A stretch of 64,000 bases of DNA from Antedon mediterranea (Eukaryota > Animalia > Echinodermata): NCBI RefSeq assembly GCF_964355755.1, contig NC_092676.1, forward strand, positions 18,060,871 through 18,124,870, given 5' to 3'. The notes beneath the pieces are model-generated. The model worked only from the letters and a program-made list of their open reading frames with translations, had not been told where the DNA came from and ran no database searches. Positions 13,301-27,100 of this stretch are shown here, in pieces. Numbering within the stretch: the stretch's first letter is position 1; every line of letters begins with the position of its first letter. Position numbers and translations under genes: made by a program.

Positions 13301-16111
13301 AATAAGCGGTGAACCAATACACTTTTGGCTAACCGTGCTCAACTGATGTATGTACATAATAAGCGGTGCACCAATACATTTGGCTAACCGTGCTTAACTG
13401 ATGTATGTACATAATAAGCGGTGAACCAATACATTTGGCTAACTGTGCTTAACTGATGTATGTACATAATAAGCGGTGAACCAATACATTTGGCTAACCA
13501 TGCTCAACTGATGTATGTACATAATAAGTGGTGCACCAATACATTTGGCTAACCGTGCTTAACTGATGTATGTACATAATAAGCGGTGAACCAATACATT
13601 TAGCTAACCGTGCTTAACCGATGTATGTACATAATAAGCGGTGCACCAATACATTTAGCTAACCGTGCTTAACTGATGTATGTACATAATAAGCGGTGAA
13701 CCAATACATTTGGCTAACCGTGCTTAACCGATGTATGTACATAATAAGCGTTGCACCAATACATTTAGCTAACCGTGCTTAACTGATGTATGTACATAAT
13801 AAGCGGTGAACCAATACATTTGGCTAACTGTGCTTAACTGATGTATGTACATAATAAGCGGTGCACCAATACATTTAGCTAACCGTGCTTAACTGATGTA
13901 TGTACATAATAAGCGGTGAACCAATACATTTGGCTAACTGTGCTTAACTGATGTATGTACATAATAAGCGGTGCACCAATACATTTGGCTAACTGTGCTT
14001 AACTGATGTATGTACATAATAAGCGGTGAACCAATACATTTGGCTAACTGTGCTTAACTGATGTATGTACATAATAAGTGGTGAACCAATACATTTGGCT
14101 AACCGTGCTCAACCGCTGTATGTACATAATAAGCGGTGAACCAATACATTTAGCTAACCGTGCTCAACTGATGTATGTACATAATAAGCGCTGCACCAAT
14201 ACATTTGGCTAACCGTGCTTAACTGATGTATGTACATAATAAGCGGTGCACCAATACATTTAGCTAACCGTGCTCAACTGATGTATGTACATAATAAGTG
14301 GTGCACCAATACATTTAGCTAACCGTGCTCAACCGCTGTATGCACATAATAAGCGGTGAACCAATACATTTGGCTAACTGTGCTCAACTGATGTATGCAC
14401 ATAATAAGCGGTGCACCAATACATTTGGCTAACCGTGCTCAACCGCTGTATGTACATAATAAGCGGTGAACCAATACATTTGGCTAACCGTGCTCAACCG
14501 CTGTATGTACATAATAAGCGGTGCACCAATACATTTGGCTAACCGTGCTCAACCGCTGTATGTACATAATAAGCGGTGAACCAATACATTTGGCTAACCG
14601 TGCTCAACCGCTGTATGTACATAATAAGCGGTGCACCAATACATTTGGCTAACCGTGCTCAACTGATGTATGTACATAATAAGCGGTGCACCAATACATT
14701 TGGCTAACCGTGCTTAACTGATGTATGCACATAATAAGCGGTGCACCAATACATTTGGCTAACCGTGCTCAACCGCTGTATGTACATAATAAGCGGTGCA
14801 CCAATACATTTGGCTAACCGTGCTTAACTGATGTATGTACATAATAAGCGGTGAACCAATACATTTGGCTAACCGTGCTCAACTGCTGTATGTACATAAT
14901 AAGCGGTGCACCAATACATTTAGCTAACCGTGCTCAACTGATGTATGTACATAATAAGCGGTGCACCAATACATTTGGCTAACCGTGCTTAACTGATGTA
15001 TGTACATAATAAGCGGTGAACCAATACATTTGGCTAACCGTGCTTAACTGATGTATGTACATAATATGCGGTGCACCAATACATTTGGCTAACCGTGCTT
15101 AACTGATGTATGTACATAATAAGCGGTGAACCAATACATTTGGCTAACCGTGCTCAACTGATGTATGTACATAATAAGCGGTGCACCAATACATTTGGCT
15201 AACCGTGCTTAACTGATGTATGTACATAATATTGCGGTGCACCAATACATTTGGCTAACCGTGCTTAACTGATGTATGCACATAATAAGCGGTGCACCAA
15301 TACATTTGGCTAACCGTGCTCAACCGCTGTATGTACATAATAAGCGGTGCACCAATACATTTGGCTAACCGTGCTTAACTGATGTATGTACATAATAAGC
15401 GGTGAACCAATACATTTGGCTAACCGTGCTCAACCGCTGTATGTACATAATAAGCGGTGCACCAATACATTTAGCTAACCGTGCTCAACTGATGTATGTA
15501 CATATTAAGCGTTGCACCAATACATTTGGCTAACCGTGCTTAACTGATGTATGTACATAATAAGCGGTGAACCAATACATTTGGCTAACCGTGCTTAACT
15601 GATGTATGTACATAATATGCGGTGCACCAATACATTTGGCTAACCGTGCTTAACTGATGTATGTACATAATAAGCGGTGCACCAATACATTTGGCTAACC
15701 GTGCTCAACTGATGTATGTACATAATAAGCGGTGCACCAATACATTTGGCTAACCCTGCTTAACTGATGTATGTACATAATAAGCGGTGAACCAATACAT
15801 TTGGCTAACCGTGCTTAACTGATGTATGTACATAATATGCGGTGCACCAATACATTTGGCTAACCGTGCTTAACTGATGTATGTACATAATAAGCGGTGA
15901 ACCAATACATTTGGTTAACCGTGCTCAACTGATGTATGTACATAATAAGCGGTGCACCAATACATTTGGCTAACCGTGCTTAACTGATGTATGTACATAA
16001 TAAGCGGTGCACCAATACATTTGGCTAACCGTGCTTAACTGATGTATGTACATAATAAGCGGTGCACCAATACATTTGGCTAACTGTGCTTAACTGATGT
16101 ATGTACATAAT
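13301..16111. repeat. 55-bp tandem satellite (~51 copies), intergenic
   Basis: Unit aataagcggtg(c/a)accaatacatttggctaaccgtgcttaactgatgtatgtacat; period 55 (13361, 13416, 13471). Confidence 0.97.
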
Positions 16112-16514
16112 ACATGTAGCAGTTAAAAACAAAGAGTGTATACAGGCCTACAAATGTGAACACATATTGTAAATATTACCTGACTAACATTAAAAAACCC
16201 AAATTTGTTTTAGCTGAAATATTTCAATTAAGACTGCTTAGCATCATCAAAAGCTCTGCAATCAAACACGCGCATGTTGCACTTATTTAATAATTACAGC
16301 AAACATAATAACAACAAAAAATATATATTAAAAGGTAGTGTATAACGGTTGCGATCCGAGTTGGTTCTAAACTGCCTCGGTCCAAAGTCAAGTTTAGGGG
16401 CGACTTAAACGGCTACCATATAAACTATAGTAAAATATTGCACTCATTAACATTTTTATCACACATGTTTTTTACAAGAAATATTCAATTGTTCTGTATG
16501 TAAGTGATGGACAA

Positions 16515-17420
16515 TACAATAAATAACAATATAGCCACATAATGCCTATATAGCTTCAATATACCGAGTATCACAAACATTACAATTAAGATATACAATT
16601 TATTTTAACGATAGTGCAAAAAATAGTAGGTACATTAATTATAAGTAAGTGAAAACAATACAATAAATAACAATGATAGGTATTTGTAACAATCTATATT
16701 TATAAATTTAAATTTAAATCAAGATATAATCATTAAACAATAACAAGACAGTAGGTTAAATAGGTAAATTATGTAGAATTGATTTGAATACAAACATCAC
16801 AAAATATGATTTTAACATTGCTTCAAGCGACGTTAAAATCATATTAAACAAATGTATTAATAAAGTAAATATTTTTTTTTTCAATATTTTTCTATTATAA
16901 TAATAATATTGACATTATAATTACAATCAAGAGCAACATTAATATATCAAATATTAGAGGTCTACACCATATAAATAAGTGATGTACAATTAATAAATAA
17001 TAATATAGCCACATAATGCCTATATAGCTTCAAACACAAACATTACAATTAAGATATACAATTTATTTTAACGAGAGTGCAAAAAATAGTAGGTACATTA
17101 ATTATAAGTAAGTGAAAACAATACAATAAATAACAATGATAGGTATTTTAAACAATCTATATTTATAAATTTAAAATTAAAATCAAGATATAATCATTAA
17201 ACGATAACAAGACAGTAGGTTAAATAGGTAAATTATGTAGAATTGATTTGAATACAAACATCACAAAATATGATTTGAACATTGCTTCAAGCGATGTTAA
17301 AATCATATTAAACAAATGTATTAATAAAGTAAATATTTTTTTTTTCAATATTTTTCTATTATAATAAACATATTGACATTATAATTACAATCAAGAGCAA
17401 CAGTAATATATTCTATATAT
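16515..17420. repeat. AT-rich direct duplication (~460 bp x2); homolog at ~50155-51050
   Basis: atatagccacataatgcc...caatcaagagcaaca occurs twice. Confidence 0.85.
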
Positions 17421-17755
17421 ACAGTGTAAAATAAATAATCTATAAATTATTAAATATTATATTCTATATGTCAAATAATTAATCTATACATTTCTATATT
17501 TAAGAATTAGATAACATAACATTTAAGAGTGAAAATGAATACATTGAAATGAATTCATGTATAGTATAATCCTTCATCACATTGTAATAATATAAATATA
17601 TATAAAATACATTAAATCTAATTATATGCATGGAACAACTGTGGTAATTAAAACAAATGTATTAATTATTAAAGTGCAATAATAAGAATAATCAAACATT
17701 TGTTAAACTTTGGAATGAGTGCATTGGCACTCAATCTGTGAAAGTCAGTGCATCA

Positions 17756-18074
17756 CAGGCCCGTATGCAGCATTTATAATGGGGGGGTGCGAGCGAAGCG
17801 AGAAACAATGGCTGGGGGCCAGGGGGCCGCCAAGGGCCCCCGGTCAGGGTCCAAAATTTGCGTTATTTGACGTTCTAAAGACTGATTTAAGACTCTCTGT
17901 TGTGGCTTGGGCTAGTTGAACGATGGACACCAGAACTTAACGCTTTCATGATGAGGCCAACTCAGCAGGGGTGGCGCCAGGATCTTCCCGACGCGGGGGC
18001 TACATTCCCCGACGAGGGGGCTATGCGAGCGAAGTGAGCATCACTAGGCTGAGGGCCAGGGGGCCGCCAAGGGC

Positions 18075-18107
<33 letters not shown>

Positions 18108-19913
18108 AAGCAACGCGTTCTAGCGTCATTTGAGGTCTTTTTAATCAGATTTAGGGTAGCCATTTTTTCCATTTTTTTTAATGCATAAATAAAATACTGC
18201 GTGCAAAAAAACGATGCGCGATGACTGTTTCAATCCATATTTTTCAATTTAAAAAATAAAAGTTCAAAGAAAATTTAGAAAAATAGAGTTGGAGGTCCCT
18301 ATCATGGGTTGTGACTGAGCTAAGAAATGTTTGAAAAATAGAGATGTTAGGTCCCGGAAAATGTACTTCTTGTTCTTTGAAATATGACCAGCTTTATTGT
18401 TGGGGCTGAGCTAAGAAAATGTTTAAAACTAGAGCTGCAGGTCTTCAAGAAATTGCATTTTATACTTTGGAAACATCAGGCCTAGAGGCTTAAAAAAAAG
18501 GCAAGCGTAGACCTTTTTCAGTCGGGGAAATAAGTTTATTCCTCCCAGGTGTATGCATGCGTACCATCTGGACTTCCGAGTGGTGAGAAATTCATGACAT
18601 ACAGGATATTGAAAATGTAATAACTATAGCTATAATGTTGGCTAAGCGAAAATGGCATGTTTTTTTGTTTAGTAATGGATGAAAAATTTATTTTAGGTGC
18701 CCCACGGTACAGAAGGTTACTTGTAAATTAAAAAATTGGTGAACAAACGAACAATTAACATAATTCGTTTTTGCTGTAGTGTAGCGTACGTCGACGCAGT
18801 ACACGACGTAACCGTCGGTAAACTTCGTCTGGAAAATAACACATTACACATTTTGGTCCCTGGATGAAACTTGATATCACGCGTCTCGACCCAACGTTGA
18901 ATGATTCGTACAAAGGGATACCGCCAGACTGGCAATAATGAATGCATATAAAGTGCATAATATCACTCTGACGTACTCTAACTGTCAATGAAACGTCGCG
19001 GTTTTCTAGGCGCTGAAGCTAGCTACGAAGTGAACGCGAACGCTTTTTACTGTATATTATATTCCCCGACAAAAAGTTCACGTGTTCCCTTCGGTAACCG
19101 TCGGTAAACTTCGCCTGGAAAATAACTACATTACACATTTTGGTCCCTGGATGAAACTTGATATCACGCGTCTCGACCCAACGTTGAACGATTCGTACAA
19201 AGGGATACCGCCAGACAAGTGCGTACCTAGCTAATGTTTAGTAGTAAGTTAGATCGCTGGCAATAATGAATGCATAAAAGTGCATATTAGCCCTCTGACG
19301 TACTCTCACGGTCAATGGAACGTCGTGGTTTTCTAGGCGCTGAAGCTATATGAAGTGAACGCGAACGTTTTTTACTGTATATTATATTCCCCGACAAAAA
19401 GTACCCGTGTTCCCCGTTTGGGGCTAGGCTCCCCGACGAGGGGATAGAGCCCCCGTAGCCCCCCCCCCCCCGCTGGCGGCAACACTGCAACTCAGACAGC
19501 GTAGTACGACGCTGTCTGAGTTGTAGCGCCGTATTCGATAGTGTCTGTATTTCCAGACACGTCTTTACCGCCGGTTAAGTTGTCTGTATTTCTCCAGCAA
19601 ACACTTTACCGCGTACCGCGTACATGAAGCGCTAAGCTATTCTTGTCGTCACATGATCGACTGCGCATGTTTTACATCGAGTTTGTAGTCAGTTCAGATT
19701 CCGTAATTTAATTACCGGTATTTTTTCATTTTATATTAGCATATTTTTGTTTGTATACAATTGATAATGTAAATTTTGTATATATATAATGATATTGTCT
19801 TTAGTTAAACAAGAAAAGAAAAAATACCAACCGAGGAAATAGTGGACCTTTTTGGACTTAGGGGGGGGGGGGGTGCGTCTGCACCCAACGCACCCCCCCT
19901 GGATACGGGCCTG
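17756..19913. mobile_element. Non-autonomous DNA transposon with 5-bp TSD (superfamily unassigned)
   Basis: TIR caggcccgtat(g/c)cag; CATCA duplicated at 17751-17755 and 19914-19918; empty site at ~51381. Confidence 0.9.
17966..19487. mobile_element. Nested hAT-like non-autonomous element
   Basis: 8-bp TSD CAACTCAG (17958-17965, 19488-19495), imperfect TIR caggggtggcgccag/cagtgttgccgccag, internal ~290-bp direct repeat. Confidence 0.85.
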
Positions 19914-20185
19914 CATCAAAACATCAAGATATTACACATGATATATCACAACAAATTTACAATAAAATACAGCAACAATACCAAACAGCCACAAGAATAC
20001 ATTTCCTGAAAAGTACAACTCAACCCTAAAAGTTATATGCGGGTTGAAATAGTACTTTTGGCTGACTTTAACAATAAACAGATTAAATGCAAGGAACAAT
20101 GCAATTCTTAAACAGAATGCAGATAGAAAGTACAAGATACTATACAACTATAAATTTATAACCTCGATCCACTGACATTAAAGCC

Positions 20186-21170
20186 TTAACGGTTTGTTTT
20201 TTCGCTTGAACACGTATATATGATCGTGTACAGATACGGATTAACTGCCGAGTTGATCGGTAAAATGAAGGTTGCTGCCCAAACATATATTTCTGCAGGG
20301 ATATCCCAATGTTTAGTTTCCGAGCAAATTCCCATTAAAATGATGGGAAACCAGCAACAAAAATCTGTACCAATTATAAACACTAGCTTCCGTGCAATTC
20401 GCAACTGTTCTTCAAGGCTTTTCCTTCTATTAACAGTCGCTGATGATCTTTTCACAGAAAAAAATATTGTGAGATAACTAACGACCATGACCAAGAAACC
20501 GAAACCGTTAAATGCAATGAAGATAGCAGTGGCATACTCCCAGCCTGGTAAATGACTTCGAGTTAGCGGTAACGGAAGGCAGACACTCTGTTTACCATAG
20601 TAGTTCTCTCCAAAGTAAGGCAGGTCGATGAAGCTCAACTTGTTTGCAGCTACCGGTAAGAAACTGATAGCAGCAATAACAACCCAAGCAATGACGATGA
20701 CTATTTTGCATGTTTTACGACTGAGACGTCTAGTGTTAAAAGGACTAACAATGTTTACAGCCCGGTCGACGCTCATAACCATCAACGTAAACACCGAGCA
20801 TTCACTGGAAAGAGTAGAAATAGCACCTGCAAAACTGCAAGTGAAACTACTTTTCCAATATTCTAGAACTTCCGAGTATCTACCTCTATAGTGAATATCA
20901 GCCCCTGCAATAATTAGCAGATACATTGCCATAAGTAGATCAGAGATGGCAAGACTGGAGATCAGCATGGAATCAACAGTTTTCTCTTTATTGCAACACC
21001 TTGATATGAGAACAAGTGCATTGCCAATAATGGAGGAAACACCAATTACGAGCATCAACACCCTAAGCGATTTCCTTTTTAGTAAATCTTGGCATGATGC
21101 GAAAGCATCAGTGGGTTCACAGATCTCAATGTCACCAACAACACAACACAAATGGAAAAAATCTGAATAG
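20186..21170 (-). CDS. Terminal hinge + 7TM exon of copy A (rhodopsin-class, LGR/GRL101-like)
   Basis: ORF 20186..21151 extends to an acceptor at 21171 (tttcattcag). Motifs: YSDFFHLCC hinge, [29 protein letters not shown]; very short C-terminal tail. Confidence 0.95.
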
Positions 21171-24100
21171 CTGAATGAAAAGAAATAGGATAGTTATATA
21201 TTCATTACTGATAATTGTAAAGTGTAAATAGCTAATTGCTAATTTCAAAAAGTGTAAATAGCTAATTTAAACAAATTTAATATTAGCAATTTTTTTCTTG
21301 CCAGCATGTATTTATTATATGGAATTCTTTTTTGATCTGGAATACAACTTTTCCCCTTTTCAGCAGTACAGCTGGGGTCAACATTTTCTATCATAACTCT
21401 TTATCATTACAGGCCTATTACATTATTTTACCGGCCTTTTCACTGAGATTGAGAATTTCACATGTATGAATTTTTTTGATAACTTGTTAACAACTTGTTA
21501 CATTTGAAAATAAAGTGTATCTGTGAAATTTGTACTAAATGGCATTTAAATACAAAAATCAAAGGGGAACAACAGCTCCCATCACACCACCCTACATACA
21601 GCCATTTGCATTCATAATGTCAAATAAATTTACTTACAACTGTGTTAAATTTACCAACTCTTTAAAAGTCTTGTCTTCATAATCTTTCAAGTTGTTGTAT
21701 GTTAGGTTTCTGTAGGATAATAAATTCAGAATGATCATATTCATTTAATAATAACTTTAAATTCACATGTCATGAGGAAACTTTCTGAATGATTGAAATC
21801 AAAACAGTACTGGGTTTGGTTTACTAGCATTCCTGCTCCCAAAAGTCATCCATTCATAGAAGCACTGATGAAGAAAGTCTATCCATGGTGGCCATAGAAT
21901 GGTCCTGAAACATACTTTGGCTTTAGTTGATAGAAGTTTGAAACATTTTATTAGAAATAGAGTATTATGTAAGTTATAAACTTTGTGGCAATGACAATGT
22001 TTACAAAAAGCTGAATGTGCATTAGAGGCAAGAATACAAGCAGGTGTCTTACAACACAGATTATGAACTTACAGAATTAACAGTGATGAAGCAAATGGAG
22101 AAAATGCACCATCCTCTATGTTAGTTATAGAGTTGTTCTGTAACTGTCTGTTAACAAATTAACAACAACAATTATGATACTAAATTTAGTTATTTCAGGA
22201 CTGAAGATGATCAACTGCAATTGCCTTTATTGGTATTTACTGCTCTGTCATAGTACTATATTATTCAATGTAATCAACTAAAGTACATGTTTTAAAGATA
22301 CAGTATACTGTCCCACTGTAAAAATAAATTTACTATTAATCTTTGTTAAATATGCCATTCTAATGTCACATAATAGTAATCATCAGTCAACAAATTTTAA
22401 AATAAATAACAATTATTACTATCAACTATGATTAATGAATTAAGAGTATAACACAATACGTACAAAACATACTTACAATCTTTGCAAATTGTTCAATCCA
22501 TCAAATATACCAGCTGGTAAATTACTAATTTGGTTGTTTTCCAACAATCTGCAAAAACAAAAATAAACAACATTTAAAAGTGAAGTTTGACTACTTTATA
22601 TGCTACCCATCTGCAAAAATAAAATGACAACATTTAAAATTATTACTATCAACTATGATTAATGAATTAAGAGTATAACACAATACGTACAAAACATACT
22701 TACAATCTTTGCAAATTGTTCAATCCATGAAATATATCAGCTGGTAAATTACTAATTTGGTTGTTTTCCAACAATCTGCAAAAATAAAAATAAACAACAT
22801 TTAAAAGTGAAGTTTGTCTACTTTATATGCTACCCATGGTTTCAATATTTTGTTTTCTTTAGTTTATTTTAACATAATTTTGTATTCAACTTTTAAAATG
22901 TATCTATGATCTTGTTTATAAAAGAAAGTTGAAGAATTAATGTTTTTATTTAATATGATTAACTTAAATTAATTATTTCACAATAATTTTACAAATGTTA
23001 TAATAAATTGCAATTATTGCTGTTCATCATCATCACAAACACTGAACGTCATGTGACATAGTGCACTTTTAAGTCTTAAAAGACTTCTCCAATCAGAGAG
23101 ATTATTAGCCAAAGTGTACATAGACTTATTTATTTTTTCTTTTTGCATCATTTTCTATAATTTTTATCCATGTAGTTCTAGGTTATTCTCTTTTGCCATT
23201 GATTCAGATAGAGCTCCTTGTGCTGGGATATCAGAGTCTAGACAAAGAAGGTGTCCACACCATGTCAAGCGTCTTCTCTTTATAACTCTGTTCCATTTTT
23301 CCTCATGTGTGCTGTTATATAAATCTATATTTGTTATTATATTAGGCCATTTGGAATAATTAATGTTTAAGTTAAATGCCTTCAGTTGATTATGTTGCTA
23401 TTAACTATGATTAATGAATTGTGAGTAATAATAATGCAATAAGTACAAAACATACTTACAAGACTTGCAAATTGTTCAATCCATGAAATATATCAGCTGG
23501 TAAATTACTAATTTGGTTGTCATGCAAATATCTGCAAAAACAAAAATGAACAACATTTAAAAGTGAAGTTTGTCTACTTTATATGCTACCCATGGTTTCA
23601 CTATTTTGATTTCTTAAGTATATTTTAACATAATTTTTTATCCAACTTTTGGAATTTATGTATGATTATTTTGTTCAGGGTAAACTTAACATTGCAAGTT
23701 GAAACAGAATTCAGATCTTATAAAAGAGCACTGTGAATATGTCCATTAAATACAATAATTTGTTTCATTGTGGTTAAAATCAACACATCAAATATATTTG
23801 ATTTATATGAAAATAATGTTGAAAAATTTATGTTTTTTTGTTTAATATGATTAACTTAAATTAATCATTTCAAAATAATTTTACAAATGTTATAATAAAT
23901 TGCAATTATTGCTATTTATCATCATCACGAACACTGAACGTCATCTGACATAGTGCACTTTTAAGTCTTAAAAGACTTCTACAATCAGAGAGATTATTGG
24001 CCAAAGTGTGCATGGAATTATTTATTTTTTCTTTTCTATCATTTTTTATAATTTTTATCCATGTGGTTCTAGGTTGTTCTCTTCTGTCATTGATTCTGAT

Positions 24101-27100
24101 AGAGCTCCTTGTGCTGGGATATCGTAGTCTAGACTAAGAAGGTGTCCACACCATGTCAAGCGTCTTCTCTTAATCACTCTGCTCCATTTTTCCTCATGTG
24201 TGCTGTTATATAAATCTATATTTGTTATTATATTAGGCCATCTGGAATAATTAATGTTTAAGTTAAATTCCTTCACTTGATTTAATGTTGCTATCAACTA
24301 TGATTAATGAATTGTTAGTAATAATAATGCAATGAGTACAAAACATACTTACAAGTAATGCAAATTGTTTAATCCATCAAATATACCAGCTGGTAAATTA
24401 CTAATTTGGTTGTTCTCCAACAATCTGCAAAAATAAAAATGAACAACATTTAAAAGTGAAGTTTTACTACTTTATATGCTACCCATGGTTTCACTATTTT
24501 GTTTTCTTTAGTTTATTTTAACATAATTTTTTATCCAACTTTTGGAATTTATGTATGATTATTTTGTTCAGGGAACTTAACATTGCAAGTTGAAACAGAA
24601 TTCATATCTTATAAAAGAGAGCACTGTGAATATGTCCATTAAATACAATAATTTGTTTCATTGTGGTTAAAATCAACACATCAAAAATATTTGATTTATA
24701 TGAAAATAATGTTGAAAAAATAATGTTTTTTGTTTAATATGATTAACTTAAATTAATCATTTCACAATAATTTTACAAATGTTATAATAAATTGCAATTA
24801 TTGCTATTCATCATCATCACAAACAGGGCACTTAAGACTTCTCCAATCAGAGAGATTATTAGCCAAAGTGTACATAGACTTATTTATTTTTTCTTTTTGC
24901 ATCATTTTCTATAATTTTTATCCATGTGGTTCTAGGTTGTTCTCTTCTGTCATTGATTCAGATAGAGCTCCTTGTGCTGGATATCAGAGTCTAGACAAAG
25001 AAGGTGTCCACACCATGTCAAGCGTCTTCTCTTTATAACTCTGTTCCATTTTTCCTCATTTGTGCTGTTATATAAATCTATATTTGTTATTATATTAGAC
25101 CATCTGGAATAATTAATGTTTAAGTTAAATGCCTTCAGTTGATTATGTTGCTATTAACTATGATTAATGAATTGTGAGTAATAATAATGCAATAAGTACA
25201 AAACATACTTACAATCTTTGCAAATTGTTCAATCCATCAAATATATCAGCTGGTAAATTACTAATTTGGTTGTCATGCAAATATCTGCAAAACCAAAAAT
25301 AAACAACATTTAAAAGTGAAGTTTGACTACTTTATACTACCCATAGTTTCACTATTTTATATTCTTTAGTTTATTTTAACATAATTTTTTATCCAACTTT
25401 TAGAATTTATGTATGATTATTTTTGTTCAGTGAAAACTTGTAACATTGAAAGCTGAAACAGAATTCAGATCTTACAAAAAGAGCACTGTGAATATGTCTA
25501 TTAAATACAACAATTTGTTTCATTTTGGTTAAAATCAACATATCAAATATATTTGATTTATATGAAAATAATGTTGAAAAATTAATGTTTTTGTTTAATT
25601 TGATTAACTTAAATTAATCATTTCACAATTATTTTACAAATGTTATAATAAATTCCAATTATGCTATTCATCATCATCATGAACACTGAACGTCATGTTA
25701 CATAGTGCACTTAAGATTTCTCCAATCAGAGAGATTATTGGCCAAAGTGTACATAGACTTATTTGTTCTATAATTTTTATCCATGTGGTTTTAGGTCGTG
25801 TCTTGACTTTTCTAATTGATTCAGATAGAGTTCATTGCGCTGGGATATCGTAGTCTAGATGAAGAAAGTGTCCACACCATGTCAAGCGTCTTCTCTTTAT
25901 AACTCTGTTCCATTTTTCTTCATTTGTGCTGTTATATAAATCTATATTTGTTATTATATTAGACCATCTGGAATAATTAATGTTTAAGTTAAATGCCTTC
26001 AGTTGATTATGTTGCTATTAACTATGATTAATGAATTGTGAGTAATAATAATGCACTAAGTACAAAACATACTTACAAGTATTGCAAATTGTTCAATCCA
26101 TGAAATATATCAGCTGGTAAATTACTAATTTGGTTGCCCCACAAAGATCTGCAAAAATAAAAAATGAACAACATTTAAAAGTGAAGTTTGTCTACTTTAT
26201 ATGCTACCCATAGTTTCACTATTTTGTTTTCTTAAGTATATTTTAACATAATTTTTTATCCAACTTTTGGAATTTATGTATGATTATTTTGTTCAGGGAA
26301 CTTAACATTGCAAGTTGAAACAGAATTCATATCTTATAAAAGAGAGCACTGTGAATATGTCCATTAAATACAATAATTTGTTTCATTGTGGTTAAAATCA
26401 ACACATCAAAAATATTTGATTTATATGAAAATAATGTTGAAAAATTAATGTTTTTTGTTTAATATGATTAACTTAAATTAATCATTTCAAAATAATTTTA
26501 CAAATGTTATAATAAATTGCAATTATTGCTATTTATCATCATCATCACGTACACTGAACGTCATGTGACATAGTGCACTTTTAAGTCTTAAAAGACTTCT
26601 CCAATCAGAGAGATTATTAGCCAAAGTGTACATAGACTTATTTATTTTTTCTTTTTGCATCATTTTCTATAATTTTTATCCATGTGGTTCTAGGTTGTTC
26701 TCTTCTGTCATTGATTCAGATAGAGCTCCTTGTGCTAGGATATCAGAGTCTAGACAAAGAAGGTGTCCACACCATGTCAAGCGTCTTCTCTTTATAACTC
26801 TGTTCCATTTTTCTTCATTTGTGCTGTTATATAAATCTATATTTGTTATTATATTAGGCCATCTGGAATAATTAATGTTTAAGTTAAATGCCTTCAGTTG
26901 ATTATGTTGCTATTAACTATGATTAATGAATTGTGAGTAATAATAATGCAATAAGTACAAAACATACTTACAACTGTAGCAAATTGTTCAATCCATGAAA
27001 TATATCAGCTGGTAAATTTCGAATTTCATTACCATACAACCATCTGAAAAAAATAAAAAATTTACCACATTTAAAAGTGAAATTTGTCTATTTTATCACC

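Noticed and set aside
13301-16111. Possible CRISPR array (also 46889-49752, 4245-5838)
   Set aside because: Contiguous tandem monomers with no unique spacers, no cas genes, eukaryotic context.
20220-21170. Plus-strand ORFs (and 51687-52637)
   Set aside because: Antisense shadows of the 7TM exon.
23114-23359. Repeated plus-strand ORF family ...[18 protein letters not shown]...
   Set aside because: Antisense of the RTE-like fragment; repeated only because the cassette is repeated.
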